Below are positions 18,058 to 28,272 of a DNA stretch of 64,000 bases, piece after piece. The notes under the pieces are model-generated. The model searched no databases. It worked only from the letters and a program-made list of their open reading frames with translations, and was not told the DNA's origin. Both the position numbers and the translations under genes were made by a program. This stretch comes from Candidatus Latescibacterota bacterium (GTDB lineage: Bacteria; Latescibacterota; UBA2968; GCA-2709665): positions 288,001-352,000 of the forward strand of contig OZ250150.1 in assembly GCA_965237675.1 (NCBI GenBank). Reading direction: 5' to 3'. Numbering within the stretch: position 1 is the stretch's first letter; each line of letters begins with the position of its first letter.

Positions 18058-20589
18058 TCACGCCAACAGGTCGTCCCGCCCCAACATCGTTGCCGGTGTC
18101 CGGCTCGCGAGCACGGCCGGATAGAGACTTGCCAGCAAGGCCGCGCCCAGTATGGTAGCCGCCTGCTGAAGGACCGGTCCCCAGGGCCAATAGACCTGGA
18201 TGGTCCATCCGAAATACGCCCGGTTGATCTCGAAAACCAGGATCCCCGCCAAGAGGACACCCCCCAGGACCCCCAGGCCCAACCCCAGCAGTCCGAAACC
18301 CATGCCCTGGCCCAGAAACACCCAGAAGACCTGCCTGCGCTTCGCGCCCACGGCACGATACAATGCCAATTCGGACACCTGCTCCCGAACGAGCACCAGG
18401 AGCATCAACATGATCCCGCATACGGCAATCACCAGACTCATCCCCTGCAGAATCCTTGTCACCAGAAATGTCTGATCGAATATCCGGAACACCTCGTCTC
18501 TGAGCCGGCGATTGCTGCGTATTTTAAGGGGCGCCTCCGAAAACCGCGCCTTCAAACTGTCGATGACCGTGTCGCCGTCCCAACCCGGCTTCAAAAAAAG
18601 CGCTGCGCCGTTGACCGGTCCCGGGCCGAAACAGGTCTCCAGTGTCTTCAGATCCATCACGACCGCGCCGCCGCCGGTATGGTAGTCATAGTACACGCCC
18701 GCCACGGGAAATCGGATCTCTCCCTCCGGCCCGGAAACCGCGATTTCGTCACCCGCCCATCTATCCACCGCGCGGGCGAGCGTTTCTCCGACAAAAACCG
18801 CTCCCTCCTCCCGCACCCGCCGAAACGCCTCATCCACGTCTCCATCCAGCAGCGGGAAGCGCGCCTCACCTCCGGGAAGCGCCATGTCCACGCCCGCCAG
18901 TCCGATCCGGCGGTCGCCTGACCAGGCGGGGAAACCGCGAAGGCGGTCCACCGCCGCCACACCAGGATAATCCGACAGCGCCTCGACCCATTCATCCTCC
19001 AGAACGCCCTCGGTTCCCCGCCCCCGCCAGGAAGCGGGCGATATATACACATCCGCCCGGACCGACGCGTTGACCCACACCTCCAGCGTTCGACGGAAAC
19101 TCCCGATCATCAGCGTAATGCCCACCAGCATGCTGACCGCAATGGCCAGCGACGCCACCGCGAACGACGTCGTCCAGATCCGAACACTCAGTCCCTTCAG
19201 ACTGTACCCCGGCCCGAATCCTCTAACCCGCACGCGTCCGCAGACCTGGCGGATTGTGAACGGCGCGCATAACGGCAGCCCCATCAGAAGCGCCACGCAC
19301 AGCACGAATCCCGCGTGTTTCCATTCCCTCCCCCACCCGAGGTACCAGACGCCCGCCGCCACAAGAATGCCCATACCCAATAAAAAGAGCCGTAAGGACA
19401 GTGAGCCCGTCCGCTCCTGAAGCGGAAATGACGAAAGCAAAGAGCGGGTATCGCGCCGGCACATATCCAGCGCGGGCACCAGCGCGCCCGCCAGGGCGCC
19501 GCCCATCCCGATCGCCACACCCAACCCGTACAACCAACGCGGCAGCGCCAGGGATGAAATCTCCTCCAGCAGGTAAAGATTCGTGAGCGTCGCGCTCACG
19601 ACCTCGAGGTTCGCCTCGGCGGCCCAATACCCCATCGGCAGTCCAAGCAACACGCCCAGTATGCCAAGAAGCGCCACCTCGCCCAGTATCAATCCGAGAA
19701 CCTGGGCCCTTGTGGCGCCCAGAGAGCGCAGAAGTCCGAACTCCGCCCGCCGCCGGACCAGGCCCGCCTGCGTGCTGCTGTAGACCAGGAAGAGCCCCAC
19801 GAACAGGCTGATGAGACTCATCGCCGTCAGGTTCAGCCGGAACGCCGAAAGCAGCCCTTCCACCTGCTCCGACCGCTGTCCGGGCGTGACCACTCGCATT
19901 CCGGGGCCCAGCCGGTCCTGCAATCGTCTCCGGACCTCGTCCGCGTCCGCGCCGCGGGCCGTACGTACGTCAATCTGATGAAGCTCACCCCGCCGCCCCA
20001 GCAACGCCTGCGCCTGCGCGATATCCATCAGCGCCAGGTTCGGGCTGGCCAGCGGGCTTAACTCCTGGAAGTCCACCAGCGCTCCCACGCGCAACCGCAC
20101 CCGCCGGACACCGCTGTGGACTTCGAACGTATCGCCGACCGCCCACCCGAACCGCGCCGCAAGCGCCGGCGTCACCGCGGTCCATCCATGACCCGCCACG
20201 GCCTCTGAAATATCGCCGGGATCGCCCCGCCACGGGATCCGCATCGGCGTAAATAAATCGACCCCCAACACCTCCAGAAAAAACCGGGCCCGATCCGCCA
20301 GGGCCACGTCCACCCGATAAAGCGGCCAGGCCGCCGCCACCCCCTCCACCGCCAGAACCTCGGCGTACAATTGCTCCGAAAACGCCGGCGTTCTTCCCAT
20401 CACACTTAAATCGGCCTCCCCGCTCACCGCCCGCACCGTCCCCTCGAACGCGGCCAGCGCGTTGTAATTGACAATCTGAATGGAGAGTACCGACGCAACG
20501 CCCAGCGCCACGCCGAATACCGTCAGAAAATAGAGGCTGCCTCCCGCGCGAAGTTGGGCGCCCAGCGAATTTGCGAAGTAGCGAATCAA
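18058..20589 (-). CDS. FtsX/MacB-type ABC permease (AttFG-like); start approximate
   Basis: Duplicated FtsX domains: GVALGVA, RRAEFGLLRSLGA, ELALYRAVGA, INRAYFGWTI. Confidence 0.85.
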   Translation of the reverse strand: MIRYFANSLGAQLRAGGSLYFLTVFGVALGVASVLSIQIVNYNALAAFEGTVRAVSGEADLSVMGRTPAFSEQLYAEVLAVEGVAAAWPLYRVDVALADRARFFLEVLGVDLFTPMRIPWRGDPGDISEAVAGHGWTAVTPALAARFGWAVGDTFEVHSGVRRVRLRVGALVDFQELSPLASPNLALMDIAQAQALLGRRGELHQIDVRTARGADADEVRRRLQDRLGPGMRVVTPGQRSEQVEGLLSAFRLNLTAMSLISLFVGLFLVYSSTQAGLVRRRAEFGLLRSLGATRAQVLGLILGEVALLGILGVLLGLPMGYWAAEANLEVVSATLTNLYLLEEISSLALPRWLYGLGVAIGMGGALAGALVPALDMCRRDTRSLLSSFPLQERTGSLSLRLFLLGMGILVAAGVWYLGWGREWKHAGFVLCVALLMGLPLCAPFTIRQVCGRVRVRGFGPGYSLKGLSVRIWTTSFAVASLAIAVSMLVGITLMIGSFRRTLEVWVNASVRADVYISPASWRGRGTEGVLEDEWVEALSDYPGVAAVDRLRGFPAWSGDRRIGLAGVDMALPGGEARFPLLDGDVDEAFRRVREEGAVFVGETLARAVDRWAGDEIAVSGPEGEIRFPVAGVYYDYHTGGGAVVMDLKTLETCFGPGPVNGAALFLKPGWDGDTVIDSLKARFSEAPLKIRSNRRLRDEVFRIFDQTFLVTRILQGMSLVIAVCGIMLMLLVLVREQVSELALYRAVGAKRRQVFWVFLGQGMGFGLLGLGLGVLGGVLLAGILVFEINRAYFGWTIQVYWPWGPVLQQAATILGAALLASLYPAVLASRTPATMLGRDDLLA

Positions 20590-20657
20590 AGGAACAACCC
20601 TGATCTCCAGTAGAAAGAAATGGCCGCCGCACCCGGCGCCCACGGCCCCGGGGCGGG

Positions 20658-21356
20658 TCACGCGCCGGCGTAAGGCACGGGCGGAAGGCTTATCTCTCCG
20701 CTGTGCAACGCCCATACCTCATCGGCCAGCGTGGCGAATTCCCTGCTATGGGTCACATAGACAAGCGTCGCACCCTCTGTCTCCACCAGACCCATCATCA
20801 GGTCCATCACCCGCCGGCCGTTCTCGTCGTCCAGATTTCCCGTTGGCTCATCCGCCAGCAACAACCTGGGCCGCCGCACCAGCGCCCGGCAGATGGCCAC
20901 CCGCTGCTGCTCGCCGCCCGACAGCTTCTGCACCGGATCTTCCGCGCGGTCGGCCAGTTCCACGCGTTCCAGCAGTTCCCGGACCCGGGGGCGGTAGTCC
21001 CGTGGCTTCTCGCCCGCAATCATCGCCGGCAGGGCGACGTTATCCGCCACCGGCAGGTGCGGCATTAAATAGAAGAATTGAAAAACAAGCCCGACCTCGT
21101 CGCGTCTCAGCATCGTTCGCGCTTCTTCCGACAGTGCGCTCAGGTCCCGTTGCCCCACCCGCACCACACCTTCGGTGGGGACGTCAATGCCGGCTGCCAG
21201 GTGAAGCAACGTGGACTTTCCGCTTCCACTGCGCCCCACAACCGCCACCTTCCGGGCCGCGTTGACGACAAAAGACACGTCGCGAAGCGCATATCGCACC
21301 CCACTTCCGGCATCGTAAACCCTGGACACATTCTCAAACGAAAGCGCAGGCGCCAT
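20658..21356 (-). CDS. ABC ATP-binding protein (LolD/AttE-like)
   Basis: [31 protein letters not shown]. Confidence 0.92.
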   Translation of the reverse strand: MAPALSFENVSRVYDAGSGVRYALRDVSFVVNAARKVAVVGRSGSGKSTLLHLAAGIDVPTEGVVRVGQRDLSALSEEARTMLRRDEVGLVFQFFYLMPHLPVADNVALPAMIAGEKPRDYRPRVRELLERVELADRAEDPVQKLSGGEQQRVAICRALVRRPRLLLADEPTGNLDDENGRRVMDLMMGLVETEGATLVYVTHSREFATLADEVWALHSGEISLPPVPYAGA

Positions 21357-21528
21357 GTCAAATTCACCATTCATCAGGACCGTTCCGCGGAACAACGCGA
21401 GGAAGCGATGAACCCGAACCGCCGTTCCGGATCGGGCGCGCCGATGGATTGGGGTTGCGATCGGGGTTGTTTTCCCGTATCTATTTCAGCACTGATCGCG
21501 ATGCGCGCCAACCTCAGGAGGCATCCCG

Positions 21529-22587
21529 GTGTTTTCTTTCATCAGAAAAAAACATACCCTCACCAGCCTGGCGCGGACCTGCGGGTGAGCGGCCAAAGTC
21601 AGTCCGGTCGGACTCAAGAAACTCCTGGACCGCCTGCCTCAAAACGCCGATCCGAACCTGATGGTGGGATTTCAGTCCAGCGACGACGCCGGCGTCTACA
21701 GGATGGACGATGAGACCGCCCTTGTGCTCACGGCGGACTTTATCACGCCGCCGGTGGACGATCCGTACGTCTTCGGTCAAATCGGCGCGGCCAACGCCCT
21801 GAGCGACGTTTACGCCATGGGCGGCAGGCCCATCGCCTGCCTGAACCTTATCGGATTTCCATCCCGGCGCCTCGGATCGGAGATCCTGGAAGGCATCGTC
21901 CAGGGCGCCCTCGACAAGATCACCGAAGCCGGGGCCGTCCTGGCAGGCGGACACACCACCGACGACGAAGAACCCAAGTTCGGACTGTCCGTAACCGGGG
22001 TCGTACACCCCGATAAATACTGGCACAACGCCGGCGCCCGTCCGGGCGACCTGCTCATCCTGACCAAACCCATTGGCAGCGGCGTGCTGTTCAACGCCAA
22101 TCTCAAGGGATGGGTCTCGGACGTGGCGCTGCAGGAATGCCTGAACACCACAACCGCCCTCAACAAAACCGCGGCCGACATCATGGCCGGGTTCGACATT
22201 CACGCGGCAACAGACGTGACCGGCTTCGGCCTGGCCGGCCACGCCCTGGAAATCGCCAGGGCTTCGGGCCTCACCCTGGAGATCTCCGGCACCGACGTCC
22301 CCGTGATGTCAGAGGCCCTGGACATGTACGGAAAAGGCATGGGCACCGGCGCCAACGCCGCCAATCGGGAACTCATTCGAGACTCGGTCCGTTATGACGC
22401 GGCCCTGCCTGAACGACACGAAGAAATAGTCGTCGATCCCCAGACCAGCGGCGGCCTCCTGGTCTCGGTCCCTCCTGATCAGGGCCGGAGCCTGCTGGCC
22501 GCCCTGCACGACGCAGGCGAGGACCGTGCGCGCATCATCGGATCCGTCAGACCGCTGGATAACAACGCGCACATCGTGTTTGCATAG
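21529..22587 (+). CDS. selD: Selenophosphate synthetase, selenocysteine-containing (UGA at 21586-21588)
   Basis: AGGAGG then GTG 21529, in frame with ORF 21661. Reads LTSLARTCG-U-AAKV; DDAGVY, DFITPPVDD, ANALSDVYAMGG, TDVTGFGLAGH, DPQTSGGLL. Confidence 0.9.
21601..21614 (+). promoter_or_regulatory. Candidate bacterial SECIS hairpin
   Basis: AGTCC-GGTC-GGACT; G-initial apical loop starts 17 nt after the UGA. Confidence 0.65.
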
Positions 22588-22686
22588 ACGAAGCGTCCCG
22601 CCAACGTAAGGATGGGCAATGGTTCCTGGCCCGCCCTGTCCCGTTTGCTCCTCATTACCATGCCGTGCGGATCCCGCGAACGGAAC

Positions 22687-23706
22687 CTATCGACCCACCG
22701 TGCTTTCCGCCACGCGAAGCCCCGGACACTGCGCCAGGACCATCTGTCCCACTTTACCCACCGCTTGCTTCACGCCCCAGGTGGGCCGCGGCTGTCCGAT
22801 CGGGGACAATTTGATCAGCACCCGATTTCCAGGGCGCGCCAGGACCAGAACGCCGAAATATTGGGAGAATGCGCCTTCCTTCACCATCGTTTCCACCAGG
22901 TAGTCCCCGTTGCGATCGGTGTACACGTCCACCAGCTTGATGACCACCGTCACCCCCCGGTAGCCCGTCCGCCACGAACAGGGCTCAAAACCCACCGGCA
23001 ACCGGGTACGATCGTACTTCCCTTTCAGTAACATATTCGGCATCGGTCCGACCTTTTCAACGGGTTTCGGGTGTGAGACGCGGGCATGCCGTCGCCAGAC
23101 AAAATAACGAACGGGCACGCCCGCATCCAGGGCCTTCCGTTCGTACTTGGTGGGTTTCCGCCCGGGCAACGCCGGCACCGACGCGGACGGGAAGCCGGAT
23201 CGCAGAAGCGGCTGTGCTTCCAGCACTTCTGAAATCCACGACGCGTATCCCCTGTGGTCCGTCGCCACGGTTACCGTGCCGCCAGCCGTCAGTCGTTCCG
23301 CCAGCGCCCGCACAAACTCCGGCTGAATCAAACGCCTTCCATGATGCCGCTCCTTGGGCCAGGGATCCGGAAAGTTGATATAAACCTGCGCGACGCTATC
23401 CACCGAAAAGAGGCGCTCGAATACAAAATCCGCCCCGCCGTGAACCACCCGCACGTTCTCCGGGCCACCCCGGTCCAAGCGCTTGAACAGCCTCTGAACG
23501 GACACCCAGGACCGTTCGATGCCTACGAAATTCATCTCCGGATTCGCATGGGCCCGATCCACCAGAAACTCGCCGGTGCCAAAGCCGATTTCGACAGCCA
23601 CCGAACCGGCGCGGCCGAATATAACCTCCCAATCCGGCGGCCAATCCTCCGAGGTCCAGGAGACCATGTAGTTCAGGATGGCTTCACTAAGTGGAAGTGT
23701 GGCCAT
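22687..23706 (-). CDS. trmB: tRNA (guanine-N7)-methyltransferase with C-terminal extension
   Basis: VEIGFGTGEF, INFPDPWPKERHHGRRL, ATD, TKYERK. Confidence 0.9.
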   Translation of the reverse strand: MATLPLSEAILNYMVSWTSEDWPPDWEVIFGRAGSVAVEIGFGTGEFLVDRAHANPEMNFVGIERSWVSVQRLFKRLDRGGPENVRVVHGGADFVFERLFSVDSVAQVYINFPDPWPKERHHGRRLIQPEFVRALAERLTAGGTVTVATDHRGYASWISEVLEAQPLLRSGFPSASVPALPGRKPTKYERKALDAGVPVRYFVWRRHARVSHPKPVEKVGPMPNMLLKGKYDRTRLPVGFEPCSWRTGYRGVTVVIKLVDVYTDRNGDYLVETMVKEGAFSQYFGVLVLARPGNRVLIKLSPIGQPRPTWGVKQAVGKVGQMVLAQCPGLRVAESTVGR

Positions 23707-23743
23707 GACACCGCCCCGTCTGGAAGATGCCCGTCGTCTAAAA

Positions 23744-24652
23744 TCATCCGCGGCCGCGGCGCCAGGCAGCCAACTCTTCTCTCAAGGGCGCCCAGTAACG
23801 GCGGTCCACCTCACGTTCCCGATCTTCCTCCTCACGCAACAGACGCTCCGCTTCTGCGCGACTTCCCTCTCGAACACTTTTCAAAAGCGGGCGTTGCTCC
23901 ACCATTTTACCAGTCAGATTCGGAAACCGATTCGCAAGCATGGAGAATCTCGAGCGTCCTGCATTCAGCAAGCCAGAACAGCACCTTCTTTTCAGAAGCA
24001 CGGCTACTACGTTGATAGTAATCTGCCTCAATCAGCCGGCGGATCATCGGCCAGTCTTTGTCGCGTTGCGTTTTCTTCGCGCGAACCAGATCTTCCAGAG
24101 CCATCACCGGTACCGGACCAACCCCTGGAAGAACGATCTCCAACCGACGTTTCCACAACACATTGAAGTTCGCCAACCCTCTTATCCTACCCATGACATC
24201 GATTCTGAGTCCCTCTACACCATGTGCACCACACCGAAAATGGCAGGCATGGCCCTTCGTAAGCACCTCCCGGCTTAACAGCCCGTTGAAAAAGTCCATC
24301 CGGTCTGCGGCCGGCTCTTGTGGCCGAATTACTGCGTTGCGCTCCCTTCCCGAATCCCCCGATTCGACGCGGTCGCGCGCCTTATCCTCGGCCACAATGA
24401 CTCGGCCTCGCCTGCAGAGCAACTTTATCAATGGACTGTTAAACCAGGCACATACATCGTCTCGGCCTGCAGTTGATCAAGTACAATCCGCAGATGATTC
24501 AGATTGCCGGCCGATGTCAGAATCGCCAAGTCTATGTCCCGACTGAACTCCGCCGCTCCGTAAAGGATACAGGCCTGTCCGCCCATCAGCAGCGCCCGGA
24601 TCTTGGAACCGAAGATCGTGGAAAGGGCTTTGGGAATCGGGCTTTGGTTCAC
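23744..24652 (-). pseudogene. Nucleotidyltransferase-like gene disrupted by a MITE and a frameshift
   Basis: LLMGGQACILYGAAEFSRDID; after removing the insert VPGLSREVL; KKTQRDKDW; frameshift near 23950 into EEEDRERE..DRRYWAPLR. Confidence 0.75.
24279..24438. mobile_element. 160-bp MITE with TTAA target duplication
   Basis: TTAA at 24275-78 and 24439-42; TIRs CAGCCCGTTGAAAAAGT / CAGTCCATTGATAAAGT (14/17); excision restores the host reading frame. Confidence 0.85.
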
Positions 24653-24755
24653 AGGTGCCTCCAAAAAGCAGGAATACGTCCCAGAGTTTCTGGGACTCAA
24701 CAAAACGTTCCACCGGGGAACGGGCGTACCATTCCTGAACTTCACCTTCATCCAT
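24477..24755 (-). CDS. Small hypothetical protein overlapping the nucleotidyltransferase start (possible partner/antitoxin)
   Basis: EWYARSPVERFVESQKLW...PKPDSQSPF; the overlap suggests a two-gene module. Confidence 0.45.
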   Translation of the reverse strand: MDEGEVQEWYARSPVERFVESQKLWDVFLLFGGTCEPKPDSQSPFHDLRFQDPGAADGRTGLYPLRSGGVQSGHRLGDSDIGRQSESSADCT

Positions 24756-25256
24756 CGCGTCGTGTTCCTGTAGATTCCTATTTGCGCGGATCATTTGAAC
24801 CCAATCACGCCTGTGGCTTTCGCTTCGCCTCTCGCGGTTAAGACTCGGACCCGTTTGAATTTAGCAGATAAGAGAAGACGAATCAAGAACAGCCTTCCGG
24901 CACCTGGGAGGTCGTGAAAAGGCGTTGACATCGCCCTTCGGGAAACGCATGTTGTGAACTCACAAGGGGACGCAGGCTTGAAGGTGAATAAAATCAACCA
25001 GATAAGTAATTCAACAGACTCACGAAATACCTACTCCCCTGACGTTTGCGCGCGAATACGCCGGGTTACGGAGCATGCCCGCACCTATTCGATCAAAAAC
25101 AGCCGCCGGGAGTCGGGTATACTTTGAACTGGACATTCCGGACCGGGCCGTTCGGATAGCTTTTTTGATGCGCGGACAGGCGAATGCAATTCCCGGCCCG
25201 CGTGACATCCGCCCGTAACAGGCAGGGTGGGGAATTTTCAGAGAGGAGGCATTGCG

Positions 25257-25895
25257 ATGAACGTGTTGATCCTGTCGGGGACCAATCACGGTTTTGACCA
25301 GAGCGCCGAACTGATCAGGGAATTCCTGGACGCGCAAGGCGACCTGTCCGTGGAACTGCGCGAGGACAAGGACCTGCTGGCTTCAGGGATGGACACGTAC
25401 GACGTCTGCGTGTTCGGAACGGGGTTCACGCGGACGGTGAGGCGGGAGGACGGTTCGCTTGCCCGCGAAGCGGACCTGACGCCGGCTCAGGAGGACGGGT
25501 TGTTCGCTTTCGTGAACGGGGGGAAGGGGCTGGTGGGGATTCACGGGTCCGGATGGTGGATTGGCGGGCGGGCGGTGGATCTGCTAGGTGGTCACGCAAA
25601 CTGGCACCCGCCCGGGCTGACGTTCACCGTGAAGGTGGAAGATGAGAACCACCCCGTGATGGAGGGCATCGCGGATTTTGAAGTCGACGACGAAATATAT
25701 ATGTCGGCGTACGAACCCCAACTGCGGATTCTGGCGTCCGCACAATGGCATGGCGGGACGTTTCCGGTGGCGTGGATAAAGGCGTACGGGTCGGGTCGGG
25801 TTTTCTACACGGCGCTTGGACACGGCCCGGGTACGTTCGCGAGGCCCCCGGTGCAGGCGATGCTCTGCCAGGGGGTCCGTTGGGCGGGAGGTTGA
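25257..25895 (+). CDS. ThuA-domain (GATase-like) protein
   Basis: GGKGLVGIH, HPVMEG, DEIY, YGSGRVFYTALGH; AGGAGG RBS. Confidence 0.85.
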   Translation: MNVLILSGTNHGFDQSAELIREFLDAQGDLSVELREDKDLLASGMDTYDVCVFGTGFTRTVRREDGSLAREADLTPAQEDGLFAFVNGGKGLVGIHGSGWWIGGRAVDLLGGHANWHPPGLTFTVKVEDENHPVMEGIADFEVDDEIYMSAYEPQLRILASAQWHGGTFPVAWIKAYGSGRVFYTALGHGPGTFARPPVQAMLCQGVRWAGG

Positions 25896-26025
25896 ACGTC
25901 CAGGCGTGAAAACTACACCACGGGAGACGCGGAAAACCCGCGGGACGTGCGGGGTCCGACTGCGTTGACGTCTGGGTTCCAGGCTCGACGTTGACGGCAC
26001 CGTTTCGATTCAAGGAGGGATTGAG

Positions 26026-26811
26026 ATGTTGGATCTGAATCTGGCGGGGCGCGTGGCGCTGGTGACCGGGGGCAGCGAAGGGATCGGAAAAGGGATAGCC
26101 CGGAAGTTGGCCCACGAGGGTTGCAGGGTTGCGATATGCGCGCGGCGGCATGACGTTCTGTCGGGCGCGGCGGAGGCCATCAGGTCGGAATCGGGCGCCC
26201 AGGTGCTTGCGGTGGCGGCGGACGTCACGCTCGCCGCGGACGTGGAGCGGTACGTGAACGAAGCGGTGTCCGAATTCGGCGGCATCGATATTCTGGTGAA
26301 TAACGCGGGGCGTTCCGCGGCCCATTACTTCGAGAATGCAACTGAAGCCATGTGGCAGGAGGATTTCGATTTGAAATTCTGGGCCGCGGTTCGCGGCTCA
26401 AGGCTGGCGGTTCCACACATGAAGGCCCGGGGCGGGGGCAGCATTGTGAATATCACACACCCTGGAGGAAAGGCGCCCGGGCCCGGTTCGGTTCCCACGT
26501 CGGTGAGCCGGGCAGCGGGTATCGCGCTGAGCAAAGCGATGTCAAAAGACCTGGCTCTGCACCGGATCCGCGTGAACACGGTCTGTCTGACCAATATCCG
26601 GTCCGCGCAGGCGGAGCGGGCGTGGAAGGCGTCCGGCAGCGACCTGGATTTCGATGCCTGGTGCGATGAACTGGGAAAGGACGTCCCGTTGGGTCGGATG
26701 GGCGAACCCGGCGAGGTGGCCGATCTGGTCGCGTTTCTGGTCTCCGACCGGGGCGCATTCATTACAGGCGCGGCGATCAACCTGGATGGGGGATCCGGGG
26801 AGACGGTGTAG
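26026..26811 (+). CDS. Short-chain dehydrogenase/reductase
   Basis: VTGGSEGIG, DILVNNAG, PLGRMGEPGEVA; non-canonical catalytic segment (TSVSRAAG). Confidence 0.9.
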   Translation: MLDLNLAGRVALVTGGSEGIGKGIARKLAHEGCRVAICARRHDVLSGAAEAIRSESGAQVLAVAADVTLAADVERYVNEAVSEFGGIDILVNNAGRSAAHYFENATEAMWQEDFDLKFWAAVRGSRLAVPHMKARGGGSIVNITHPGGKAPGPGSVPTSVSRAAGIALSKAMSKDLALHRIRVNTVCLTNIRSAQAERAWKASGSDLDFDAWCDELGKDVPLGRMGEPGEVADLVAFLVSDRGAFITGAAINLDGGSGETV

Positions 26812-26816
26812 ACGGC

Positions 26817-27590
26817 TTATATGGCCAGTTGATGTGCCAGGGTGAAGCATCGGCGGCGGACGACGTGCACGACAATGATGGAGCCGATGGCGGTGGCGGC
26901 GACAATCATGAGCATCACGATTATCTGATACTTGATGGCGGTCATCGGATCCGAGCCGGCCAGAATCTGTCCGGTCATCATCCCGGGAAGGGACACGAGG
27001 CCAACGGTCATGAGGGCGTTGATGGATGGAATCATACCGGCTTTCACCACGTCGCGCAGAATGGTGGCCGTGGCTTCCTGGTAGGTGGCGCCCAGGCAAA
27101 GGGCGAGTTCAATCTGGGCTCGCTGTTTACGGAGGTCGGCAAAGAGGCGTTCCAGGGCGATTGTGACGGCATTCATGGAATTGCCGATAATCATTCCGCC
27201 CAGGGGAATGAAGTACTGCGGGGTGTACCAGGGTTTGACCTGGACGATTGCGGCAGTGACCAGGATGGACACGGTGGTGTAGCTGGCGACCATGGAAATG
27301 AAGGTGGGTACGAAGTAGGCCACCTCCTTTTCCTTTACCCGGCCGCGGATGGCGTGGGCGGCCCAGAAGACCATCCAGATGAAGAGAATGAGAATGAGGT
27401 ACGGGTTGTTGATCTGGAAGATGTACTTGAGGACGTAGCCGACCAGGAAGAGTTGCGCGAAGGTGCGCACCGTTCCCCACGCAAGGTCTCTTTCCAGGTT
27501 GAGCCGGAAGACGACGGAGCCGGCGCCCGCGATGAGGACGAAGACGAGACACAGCAGCAACTGCAGGGGCGAGATCTCGATCAGGTTCAA
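26817..27590 (-). CDS. fetB: UPF0014 ABC permease (FetB/YbbM-like)
   Basis: RTFAQL, PQYFIPLGGMIIGNSM, GLVSLPGMMTGQILAG, KYQI. Confidence 0.8.
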   Translation of the reverse strand: MNLIEISPLQLLLCLVFVLIAGAGSVVFRLNLERDLAWGTVRTFAQLFLVGYVLKYIFQINNPYLILILFIWMVFWAAHAIRGRVKEKEVAYFVPTFISMVASYTTVSILVTAAIVQVKPWYTPQYFIPLGGMIIGNSMNAVTIALERLFADLRKQRAQIELALCLGATYQEATATILRDVVKAGMIPSINALMTVGLVSLPGMMTGQILAGSDPMTAIKYQIIVMLMIVAATAIGSIIVVHVVRRRCFTLAHQLAI

Positions 27591-28249
27591 GCAGACACCT
27601 CCTGAAGACCGCCGTCGAGCCGATAGCGTCTTGCACGGGCTCGTTGCGGTCTGAAGTCCAGATGCGTGACCAGGACAATGCCGATGTTCTGTTCCAGCGC
27701 GAGGCGTTCAAGCCAGGTTTCGACGACGGATTTGGACTCCGGGTCCAGTGCCGAGGTGGGCTCGTCGCAGAGGAGGAACCGGGGTTCGGACAGAAGCGTC
27801 CGAATGAGGGCTATCCGCTGTTTCTGGCCGACGGACAAGGTCTCCGCGTCGTCGTCGAGGTGCACGCCGTGAAGCAGGAAATCGTCCAGAAGCGTTCGTA
27901 GCCTGTCGTCGTCCGGAAATGGCCCGCCCCTGCCGGCTTTAAACGTGAAAGGAAGAATAAGGTTGTCACGCACGGCGCCGCCGGCCATTGCGGGCGTCTG
28001 CTGGACGTAACCGACGTTTCGCCGCAGTTCGGTCACGTCATGGCGCTCCACGGGTATGCCGTCCAGGATGATGTCCCCCGACGTGGGCTCCTGAAGCCGG
28101 TTGGGCAGCCGAAGGAAGCTGGATTTGCCGCTTCCGGATGGACCGTGGATGAGAATGAAATCTCCGCTGTCAACGGTGAGGTCGACCCGTTGAAACAGCG
28201 GTTTTTTTGTGCCGTATTGGAGCGAGAGGTTTTTGATCTCGAGGCGCAT
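27587..28249 (-). CDS. ABC ATP-binding protein (FetA/YbbL-like)
   Basis: GPSGSGKSS, LSVGQKQR, CDEPTSALD; start at MRLEIK. Confidence 0.85.
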   Translation of the reverse strand: MRLEIKNLSLQYGTKKPLFQRVDLTVDSGDFILIHGPSGSGKSSFLRLPNRLQEPTSGDIILDGIPVERHDVTELRRNVGYVQQTPAMAGGAVRDNLILPFTFKAGRGGPFPDDDRLRTLLDDFLLHGVHLDDDAETLSVGQKQRIALIRTLLSEPRFLLCDEPTSALDPESKSVVETWLERLALEQNIGIVLVTHLDFRPQRARARRYRLDGGLQEVSA

Positions 28250-28272
28250 GGCTGTCTGAAATATACCCCGGG

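Noticed and set aside
24790-24860. Integron attC site
   Set aside because: No convincing RYYYAAC/GTTRRRY box pairing and no integrase.
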